64,000 nt of DNA from Angustibacter luteus. Lineage in GTDB: Bacteria > Actinomycetota > Actinomycetes > Actinomycetales > Angustibacteraceae. Both the position numbers and the translations under genes were made by a program. Below are positions 40,740 to 48,060 of the stretch, piece by piece. Positions within the stretch are counted from its first letter, which is position 1, and each line of letters opens with the position of its first letter. The stretch covers positions 248,001 through 312,000 of the forward strand of contig NZ_BAABFP010000002.1 of the NCBI RefSeq assembly GCF_039541115.1. Direction: 5' to 3'. The notes below the pieces were generated by a model. That model was not told where the DNA came from, searched no databases, and saw nothing but the letters and a program-made list of their open reading frames with translations.

Positions 40740-42145
40740 GACTGCGTCGCTGCCGGCCCGAGGTGCACGTGGGTGGTCACCCGGCGGTAGCCGAGCCGCG
40801 CGTACAGGCCGGCCACCGTGTCCTCGCAGTGCAACCAGGCGATCGGCGACCGCTGCAGCGCGGACCGGGTGGCCAGGGCCGAAAGGGCGAGCCCCCACCC
40901 GCGACCGCGGAACTCGCGCAGCACCGTGATCCCGCCGACGTACGTCGTCCCGGCGAGGTCGCGCAGCCGCGCGCAGCCGACGACGCGTCCGTCGTGCCGC
41001 AGCACCGGGAAGGCCCGGTCGGGCAGGTCGAGCTGGCCCTCGACGATCGGCGCCAGGTCCGCACCGAACACGGACACGAACTCGGCCACGTCTGCCGCCG
41101 GCTCCAGCGTGAGCCCCTCGGCGCGGACGTCGGCGAGGACGTCGGGCTCCCCCGCGACCTCCTCGCAGACCCAGACCCCGTGCCGCATCACCTCGACCAG
41201 CCCGTGCCGGGCGGCCACCTCGGGCGCCCAGTGCTCGCCGACGACCAGGTGCCAGGCACTGGGCGAGTGGTCGTCCAGCCAGGCGGTGACCTCGTCGACC
41301 GCACCGGGGGACGGCGTGAAGCCGAGGCCCGTCACCGACGCCTGCGTCGCCCAGGCCTGCGCGATCGGCAGGCTCGCGCACGCGATGCCCCGCACCGTCG
41401 CGTAGGCCGAGCCGGGCAGCGGCGGCCGGTCCGGTGGCAGGGGCGGCGGCTCGTTGCGTTCGCTGTCGGCACGGTCCACGAGCTCGGCCAGGTCACCGGG
41501 GTGCGGGTCGCTGCCCAGCGCCGGGCTCCGGGTGGGCCACGCGACCAGGCTCCAGCCGTCGGCGTCGCCCTGCATCTCGACCAGCCCGCAGTTCGGCACC
41601 CCCGACCCCCGGGCCCGGTCGTCGCGGACGTCGCCCGCGATCAGTGGCAGAGCCATCGACATCACCCCGCCGTGACTCACCACGACCACCGTCTCGCCCC
41701 GGTGCTGGTCGGCGACCGCCTCCAGGCCCGACCTGATCCGGGCCAGCACGTCCAGCCCGGACTCGCCGCCCGGCAGGGCGTGCTCGAGGTGTCCGTTCAA
41801 CCAGGAGTCGAACAGGCCGTCCACCCGAGCCCAGTCCTCGTCGGTGTCGCTGCCCTCGCACTCCCCCAAGGAGAACTCGCGGACGTCGTCCAGCAGCTGC
41901 ACGGGCCCGGCGCCCACCGTCTCGGCCACGATCTGCGCCGTCTGCTGGGCCCGCACCAGCGGGCTGGCGTAGACCCGCGCGATGTTGCGGTCGACCAAGG
42001 TGGCCGCGGCGTCGGCGGCCTGCTGTCGGCCGTGCTCGGTCAGCTCGCCGCCGGGGGCGGCCGACGACAGCCGGCGCGAGACGTTGCCGGCGGACTGGCC
42101 GTGCCGGAGGACGAGGACGGTTGCCGGGCACTGCAGATCGCTCAC
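40736..42145 (-). CDS. Histidine phosphatase - GNAT fusion protein
   Basis: LRHGQS, SPLVRAQQTA, VSHGG in N-half; FRGRGWG and LYARLGY in C-half. Confidence 0.82.
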   Translation of the reverse strand: MSDLQCPATVLVLRHGQSAGNVSRRLSSAAPGGELTEHGRQQAADAAATLVDRNIARVYASPLVRAQQTAQIVAETVGAGPVQLLDDVREFSLGECEGSDTDEDWARVDGLFDSWLNGHLEHALPGGESGLDVLARIRSGLEAVADQHRGETVVVVSHGGVMSMALPLIAGDVRDDRARGSGVPNCGLVEMQGDADGWSLVAWPTRSPALGSDPHPGDLAELVDRADSERNEPPPLPPDRPPLPGSAYATVRGIACASLPIAQAWATQASVTGLGFTPSPGAVDEVTAWLDDHSPSAWHLVVGEHWAPEVAARHGLVEVMRHGVWVCEEVAGEPDVLADVRAEGLTLEPAADVAEFVSVFGADLAPIVEGQLDLPDRAFPVLRHDGRVVGCARLRDLAGTTYVGGITVLREFRGRGWGLALSALATRSALQRSPIAWLHCEDTVAGLYARLGYRRVTTHVHLGPAATQS

Positions 42146-42189
42146 CGGGCAACGGTATCGACTCGCCGACCGACTGGCAGGATCGCGCT

Positions 42190-43341
42190 ATGGCCGCACC
42201 CCCCATCGTGGACCTGACCGACGACGAGCTGCGAGCCCGCGGCGGGCTCAAGTGGACCTACCCGCCCACCGACGTGCTCCCCGCCTGGGTCGCGGAGACG
42301 GACGTCGCGCCCGACCCCGTCGTGCGCGACGCCGTGGCCGCAGCCGTGGCGGCCGGCGGTTTCGGCTACCCGCCGTTCGACGCGTCGTCCGCGCTCCCGG
42401 AGGTCTTCGCCGCCTACGCCCGGCGGCAGTGGGGCTGGCAGGTGCCGGCGTCGTCCGTGGTCAGCACCGTGGACGTCATGCACGGCATCCTGCTCGCGCT
42501 GACCACGCTGTGCGCGGACGCGCCGGTCATCGTGCCGACCCCGACGTACCCGCCGTTCCTGCAGGTGGTGCCGCAGTCCCGGCGCGAGCTGGTGACGATC
42601 CCGCTCGACCCCGACGCCGAGCGCGCCACGCTCGACCTGGGGCGCATCGACGCGGCGATGGCCGCCGGGGCCCGCACCGTGCTGCTCGCCAACCCGCACA
42701 ACCCCTGGGGACGGGCGTTCACCCGCGACGAGCTGGTCGCCCTCCTGGAGGTCGTGCACCGGTACGGGGGACGCGTGGTCAGCGACGAGATCCACGCCGG
42801 GCTGGTCCTGCCCGGCGCCGTGCACGTCCCGCTCGCGACCCTTCCCGGCGGCGCCGAGGTCACCACCACGCTGATGTCGGCGACGAAGGCCTGGAACATG
42901 CCGGCCCTCAAGTGCGCGCAGATCGTCGCAGGTGACACCGCGGACCTGAAGGCACTGCGGGCGTTGCCGATGGTCGACAACCACAGCACCTCGACGCTGG
43001 GAATCGTTGCGGCACAGGCGGCCTACGCCGGCGGCCAGCCGTGGCTGGATGCCTGGGTGCAGCGGCTCGCCACGAATCGGGCCGTGTACGAGGAGGCCGT
43101 CGCCGAGCACCTGCCCGACGCCCGGCACCGCCCGCTGGAGGCGACGTACCTGGCCTGGCTCGACGTCCGGGCGTACGGCCATACCGACCCCGCACGCGTT
43201 GCGCTGCAACGAGGTCGGGTGATGGTCAACGACGGACGATCGTTCGGGCCCGGCGGCGAGGGGCACGTCCGGGTCAACCTCGGGACCTCACCCGAGCGCA
43301 TCGAGCGGATCGTGCGGGCCGTCGCCGCCGGACTGACCTGA
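42190..43341 (+). CDS. MalY/PatB family PLP-dependent C-S lyase / aminotransferase
   Basis: LPAWVAETD, NPHNPWG, SDEIH, SATKAWN, EATYLAWLD, VRVNLGTS. Confidence 0.92.
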   Translation: MAAPPIVDLTDDELRARGGLKWTYPPTDVLPAWVAETDVAPDPVVRDAVAAAVAAGGFGYPPFDASSALPEVFAAYARRQWGWQVPASSVVSTVDVMHGILLALTTLCADAPVIVPTPTYPPFLQVVPQSRRELVTIPLDPDAERATLDLGRIDAAMAAGARTVLLANPHNPWGRAFTRDELVALLEVVHRYGGRVVSDEIHAGLVLPGAVHVPLATLPGGAEVTTTLMSATKAWNMPALKCAQIVAGDTADLKALRALPMVDNHSTSTLGIVAAQAAYAGGQPWLDAWVQRLATNRAVYEEAVAEHLPDARHRPLEATYLAWLDVRAYGHTDPARVALQRGRVMVNDGRSFGPGGEGHVRVNLGTSPERIERIVRAVAAGLT

Positions 43342-43357
43342 ACGACCAGGACGGCGC

Positions 43358-44887
43358 TCAGATGTCGCGGAACGTCTCGATCTGCGCCCCGAGGGCGTTG
43401 AGCCGCTCGGCGAGGTCCTCGTAGCCGCGGTTGATCACGTACACGCTGCGCAGCACCGAGGTCCCGCGGGCCGCGAGCATCGCGATCAGGATGACCACCG
43501 CCGGTCGTAGCGCGGGCGGGCAGACGATCTCCGCTGCGCGCCAACGGGTTGGGCCCTCGATGAGCACCCGGTGCGGGTCCAGCAGCGTGACCTGGCCGCC
43601 GAGCTTGGTGAGCTCGGTCAGGTAGATCGCCCGGTTCTCGTAGACCCAGTCGTGCAGGAGCGTGGTGCCGGTGGCCTGGGCCGCGATGACCGCGAAGAAG
43701 GGCAGGTTGTCGATGTTCAGACCCGGGAACGGCATCGGGTGGATCTTGTCCAGCGGCGCACGCAGGGTCGACGGGTGGGTGGTGATGTCGACCAACCGGG
43801 TGTGGCCGTTGAGCGCCAGGTACTCCTCGGTGCGCTCGTACCGGAAACCCATCTCCTCCAGCAGCGAGAGCTCGATCTCCATGAACTCGATCGGCACCCG
43901 CCGCACGGTGATGGTGGAGCCGGTCACGATGGCCGCGGTGATCAGGCTCATCGCCTCGATCGGGTCCTCGCTCGGCGCGTAGGTGACGTCGCGGTCGATC
44001 TGGGCGACACCGGTGACCTCGAGCGTCGTCGTCCCGATTCCCTTGATCTGCACACCCAGCTCGGTCAGGAAGAAGCACAGGTCCTGGACCATGTAGTTCG
44101 GGCTGGCGTTGCGGATGATCGTCGTCCCGGCGTGGCCGGCAGCGGCCAGCAGCGCGTTCTCGGTCACCGTGTCGCCGCGCTCGGTCAACACGATGGGACG
44201 TCGCGGCTGGGTGCCCGCGTCGACGTGCGCGTGGTACGTGCCCTCGGTGGCCTTGACCTCCAGGCCGAACGGGCGCAGCGCGGTCATGTGCGGCTCGACC
44301 GTGCGGGTGCCGAGGTCGCAGCCTCCGGCGTAGGGGATCTCGAACGTCTCGAGCCGGTGCATCAGCGGCCCCAGGAACATGATGATCGAACGGGTGCGGC
44401 GGGCCGCCTCGGCGTCGATACCGGCCAGGTCGAGGACGGCGGGCGGCACGATCTCGAGGTCGTTGTCCGCGTTCAGCCAGCGGGTCTGGACGCCGATCGA
44501 CTCCAGCACCTCGATGAGCCGGTTGACCTCCTCGATCCGGGCCACCTTGCGCAGCGTGGTCGTGCCGCGGTTGAGCAGCGACGCGCACAGCAGCGCGACG
44601 CCGGCGTTCTTGCTGGTCTTGACGTCGATCTCGCCGGACAGCTCGGTCCCGCCGGCCACCCGCAGGTGGCTCGGGCCCGACGTCCCGAGGGTGACGATCT
44701 CGGAGTCCAGGGCCTCGCCGATCCGGGCCAGCATCTCCAGGCTGAGGTTCTGCCCGCCCTTCTCGATACGATTGACCGCGCTCTGGCTGGTGCCGAGCTC
44801 CGTGGCGAGCTGGGTCTGCGTCCAGCCCCGGTGCTTGCGGGCGTCGCGGATCAGGCCGCCGATGCGGACCAGGTAGTCATCTGCCAT
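43358..44887 (-). CDS. XRE HTH - MurA-like (enolpyruvyl transferase) fusion
   Basis: N-terminal WTQTQLATELGTSQSAVNRIEKG; SKNA, AGGCDLGTR, PFPGLNID, INRGYE. Confidence 0.9.
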   Translation of the reverse strand: MADDYLVRIGGLIRDARKHRGWTQTQLATELGTSQSAVNRIEKGGQNLSLEMLARIGEALDSEIVTLGTSGPSHLRVAGGTELSGEIDVKTSKNAGVALLCASLLNRGTTTLRKVARIEEVNRLIEVLESIGVQTRWLNADNDLEIVPPAVLDLAGIDAEAARRTRSIIMFLGPLMHRLETFEIPYAGGCDLGTRTVEPHMTALRPFGLEVKATEGTYHAHVDAGTQPRRPIVLTERGDTVTENALLAAAGHAGTTIIRNASPNYMVQDLCFFLTELGVQIKGIGTTTLEVTGVAQIDRDVTYAPSEDPIEAMSLITAAIVTGSTITVRRVPIEFMEIELSLLEEMGFRYERTEEYLALNGHTRLVDITTHPSTLRAPLDKIHPMPFPGLNIDNLPFFAVIAAQATGTTLLHDWVYENRAIYLTELTKLGGQVTLLDPHRVLIEGPTRWRAAEIVCPPALRPAVVILIAMLAARGTSVLRSVYVINRGYEDLAERLNALGAQIETFRDI

Positions 44888-44894
44888 ACCGCCG

Positions 44895-44916
44895 ACCGTA
44901 TCTCACATGTGAGATA
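44895..44916 (-). promoter_or_regulatory. Perfect 18-bp palindrome overlapping the leaderless -10 (TACGGT) of the HTH-MurA gene
   Basis: TATCTCACATGTGAGATA at 44899-44916. Confidence 0.75.
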
Positions 44917-46939
44917 TAGGCGAGTCGACCCGCCGCGCGGCCCGGATGACCTCGACGATCTGCCCCATCATCGCGGTCAGCCCGAAGTCCTTGGGGGTGA
45001 ACACGGCGGCCACGCCGAGCTCACGCAGGGCCCGCTCGTCGGACTCGGGGATGATCCCGCCGACGATGACCGGGACGTCGCCCGCGCCGGCCTCGCGCAG
45101 GCCGTCCAGCACCGCCGGCACCAGCGCCATGTGCGAGCCGGACAGCACCGACAGGCCGACGCAGTGCACGTCCTCGGCCACCGCGGCCGCCACGATCTCG
45201 GCGGGGGTGAGCCGGATCCCCTGGTAGACCACCTCGAAGCCGGCGTCCCGCGCCCGCACCGCCACCTGCTCGGCGCCGTTGCTGTGCCCGTCCAGGCCGG
45301 GCTTGCCGACGAGCAGCCGCAGCCGCTCCCCCAGCTCCGCGCTGGCCGCCCGCACCGCCTCCCGGACCACCGCGAGCTCGTCGTTGATCTCGCCCACTCC
45401 GACCGAACCGCTCACGCCGGTGGGGGCCCGGTACTCCCCGAACTGCTGGCGCAGGACGCCCGCCCACTCCCCCGTGGTGATCCCGGCCCGGGCGCACTCC
45501 AGGCTCGCCTCGAACAGGTTGGCGTCACTGGCCGCCTCGGCGCGAAGCCGTTGCAGCGCCTGGTCTGCGGCCTCGCGGCGGGCCGGGTCGGCGTCCCGCT
45601 CGTCCCGCCACTCGCGCACCGCCGCCGCGGCGCGGGACTCGACGTCGGCGTCCACGGACTGGATGGCCGTGTCGAGGTCGGCGGTCAGCGGGTTCGGCTC
45701 GGTGGACTCGAACCGGTTGACCCCGACCACGACGTCCTCGCCGGACTCGATCCGGGCCCGCCGGGCCGAGTGCGAGGCGACCAGCGCCGACTTCATGTAG
45801 CCGGACTCGACCGCCGCCACCGCCCCACCCAGGTCGGACACCCGGGCCATCTCGGCGCGGGCACCCTCGACGATCTCGGCCACCTTCGCCTCGACGACCT
45901 TGCTGCCCTCGAACAGGTCGTCGTGCTCGAGCAGGTCCGACTCGAAGGCCAGCACCTGCTGGATCCGCAGGGACCACTGCTGGTCCCACGGGCGCGGCAG
46001 CCCGAGCGCCTCGTTCCAGGCCGGCAGCTGGACTGCCCGGGCCCGTGCGTCCTTGCTCAACGTGACCGCGAGCATCTCCAGCACGATCCGCTGGACGTTG
46101 TTCTCCGGCTGCGCCTCGGTCAGTCCCAGGCTGTTGACCTGGACGCCGTACCGGAACCGGCGCGCCTTCTCGTCGGTGACGCCGTACCGCTCGCGGGTCA
46201 GCTCGTCCCACAGCCGCACGAAGGCGCGCATCTTGCACATCTCCTCGACGAACCGCACGCCAGCGTTGACGAAGAACGAGATGCGCGCGACGACGTCCGG
46301 GAACCGGTCCGGCGGCACCTGACCGCTGTCTCGCACCGCATCCAGGACGGCGACCGCGGTGGACAGCGCGTAGGCGACCTCTTGCACCGGCGTGGCACCG
46401 GCCTCCTGCAGGTGGTAGCTGCAGATGTTGATCGGGTTCCACTTCGGCATGCTCGACACCGTGTAGGCGATCATGTCGGTGATCAGCCGCAGGCTCGGCG
46501 CTGGCGGGAACGCGTACGTCCCGCGGGACAGGTACTCCTTGATGATGTCGTTCTGCGTCGTGCCGGACAGCGCCCGGACCGCCTCGGCCGGGTCGGTCCC
46601 GTCCGCGAGCGCCTGCTCCTCGGCCGCGACCTGGTAGAGCGCCAGCAGCCACATCGCGGTGGCGTTGATCGTCATCGAGGTGTTCATCGTGGCCAGCGGG
46701 ATGCCGTCGAAGAGCTGCCGGACGTCGCCGATGTGGCTGATCGGCACCCCCACCTTGCCGACCTCGCCGCGGGCGAGCTCGTGGTCGGGGTCGTAGCCGG
46801 TCTGGGTGGGCAGGTCGAAGGCGACGGACAGCCCGGTCTGGCCCTTGTCCAGGTTGCGCCGGTACAGCGCGTTCGACGCGCTCGCGCTGGAGTGCCCGGC
46901 GTACGTGCGCATCACCCAGGGACGGTCACGGTCAGGCAC
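44903..46939 (-). CDS. meaA: Ethylmalonyl-CoA mutase (MeaA/Ecm)
   Basis: RDRPWVMRTYAGHS, KEYLSRGTY, INICSYHLQEAG, QVNSLGLTE, B12 domain KPGLDGHSNG. Confidence 0.93.
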   Translation of the reverse strand: MPDRDRPWVMRTYAGHSSASASNALYRRNLDKGQTGLSVAFDLPTQTGYDPDHELARGEVGKVGVPISHIGDVRQLFDGIPLATMNTSMTINATAMWLLALYQVAAEEQALADGTDPAEAVRALSGTTQNDIIKEYLSRGTYAFPPAPSLRLITDMIAYTVSSMPKWNPINICSYHLQEAGATPVQEVAYALSTAVAVLDAVRDSGQVPPDRFPDVVARISFFVNAGVRFVEEMCKMRAFVRLWDELTRERYGVTDEKARRFRYGVQVNSLGLTEAQPENNVQRIVLEMLAVTLSKDARARAVQLPAWNEALGLPRPWDQQWSLRIQQVLAFESDLLEHDDLFEGSKVVEAKVAEIVEGARAEMARVSDLGGAVAAVESGYMKSALVASHSARRARIESGEDVVVGVNRFESTEPNPLTADLDTAIQSVDADVESRAAAAVREWRDERDADPARREAADQALQRLRAEAASDANLFEASLECARAGITTGEWAGVLRQQFGEYRAPTGVSGSVGVGEINDELAVVREAVRAASAELGERLRLLVGKPGLDGHSNGAEQVAVRARDAGFEVVYQGIRLTPAEIVAAAVAEDVHCVGLSVLSGSHMALVPAVLDGLREAGAGDVPVIVGGIIPESDERALRELGVAAVFTPKDFGLTAMMGQIVEVIRAARRVDSPISHM

Positions 46940-46966
46940 GGCTCCTCCTCGAGTGGCTCGCCTAGG

Positions 46967-46984
46967 ACCGTACCCGCGAGTAAC
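46967..46984 (-). promoter_or_regulatory. Candidate 16-bp operator overlapping the meaA -10 (TACGGT)
   Basis: Minus strand GTTACTCGCGGGTACG-GT; same register as the ccr site. Confidence 0.55.
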
Positions 46985-47045
46985 CGCGGGCGGAACGCTT
47001 GCGCCCGGTGAGCGTCGTCACGTCCGCCCGCCGGCTCCTCCCGGG

Positions 47046-47180
47046 GTCGCGGCGCAACGCAGCTCCACTAGGCATGGAGTAACGGCACGCAGTCCCAACC
47101 CCGCCTCGCACCGGGGACGTCGTGTTGTTGGAGCGGCGGCACACAGTTCCACTAGGTGCGTAGCTGCGTTGCGCCGCGAC
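47046..47180. repeat. 135-bp MITE/REPIN-like element with perfect 19-bp terminal inverted repeats
   Basis: GTCGCGGCGCAACGCAGCT (47046-47064) / AGCTGCGTTGCGCCGCGAC (47162-47180); internal CAG[CT]TCCACTAGG twice. Confidence 0.8.
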
Positions 47181-47198
47181 ACCTCAGGGAGAGCGGCC

Positions 47199-47232
47199 GG
47201 GCGGGCGGGCGGGGTGGGGCGGGCGGGCGGGG
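47199..47232 (+). other. G-run tract (G-quadruplex-capable on +, C-rich on -)
   Basis: Eight runs of 3-4 G separated by single bases. Confidence 0.7.
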
Positions 47233-47234
47233 CC

Positions 47235-48053
47235 TCAGGGCTCGGCGATGCCGGACGTGCCCGTGCGGCGGAAGCCGGCCCGCTCGTAGACCCGCGCCAC
47301 GTCCTCGTCCTGCGCGCTGAGGAACACGGTGTGCTCGCCGCGGGCAAAGGCCTCCCGAGCCAGCACCCCGGCGAGGGCCGCACCGATCCCCCGCCGCCGG
47401 CTGATGGGAAGCGTGCCGATCCCGACGACCTCGGCGACCCCGGCCGCGTGCTGGTACCCACCCGAGGCCACCGGACCGACGTCCGTCCGGGCCACTGCAC
47501 GCACCTGCTCGCCGCTGCGGATGCCCGCGCGCAGCCGCTCGACCCGCGCCGGATCCAGCTCGGCCGCCGACGCGTCCCGCTCGGCCACGCCTCCCTCACC
47601 CACGGCCGTGCCGATCCCCGCGCCGAAGGCCACGTGCGCGCAGGCGTCCGCCAGCGCGAGGTCCGGGTCGTCCGCGTCCATCACCGAGACGCTGACGCCG
47701 GGCGCGTCCAGCACGACGAGGTCCGCCGGCTCCAGCACCATGAGCGGGCAGAGCTGCAGGGTCAGGCCCGCGTCCTGCACGGCCTGGGCCAGCGACGGGG
47801 TCAGGTCGTTCACCCACTCGAGCTGGTGCGGGACCCCCAGCTCGTCCATCCGCCCCAGGACGTCGCGGACGTCGTCCCCGCTGACCTGGACGTCGGGCCG
47901 CACCGGACGCGCGTAGTACGGCCACCCCGCACCCTCACGGACGAACAGCACGAGCGGTCCGATGAGCTCGGCCCGCGCGCCTTGGCGGGGCACGGCGTCG
48001 TAGAACGACTCCAGTCGCAGCAGCAGATCGCTTCGCACCTCGGGCTCGGTCAC
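47235..48053 (-). CDS. GNAT N-acetyltransferase
   Basis: VAEVVGIGTLP, RRRGIGAAL, VYERAGF. Confidence 0.88.
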   Translation of the reverse strand: MTEPEVRSDLLLRLESFYDAVPRQGARAELIGPLVLFVREGAGWPYYARPVRPDVQVSGDDVRDVLGRMDELGVPHQLEWVNDLTPSLAQAVQDAGLTLQLCPLMVLEPADLVVLDAPGVSVSVMDADDPDLALADACAHVAFGAGIGTAVGEGGVAERDASAAELDPARVERLRAGIRSGEQVRAVARTDVGPVASGGYQHAAGVAEVVGIGTLPISRRRGIGAALAGVLAREAFARGEHTVFLSAQDEDVARVYERAGFRRTGTSGIAEP

Positions 48054-48060
48054 CGCGCGA

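Noticed and set aside
34554..43341. Accessory block as a prophage or integrative element
   Set aside because: No integrase, transposase, phage gene, tRNA or flanking direct repeat seen.
43571..47011. 1146-aa plus-strand ORF, and similar long ORFs at 28145-31165, 48050-51124, 12597-15074, 56612-58984 and 23281-25431
   Set aside because: Antisense or off-frame shadows of well-supported genes; stop-poor frames are expected at this GC content and the translations carry no recognisable motifs.
46940..47234. Cobalamin riboswitch upstream of meaA (or icmA, pduO)
   Set aside because: No B12-box recognisable by eye; the space is explained by the promoter and the inverted-repeat element, and icmA/pduO look leaderless. 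An Rfam scan would settle it.
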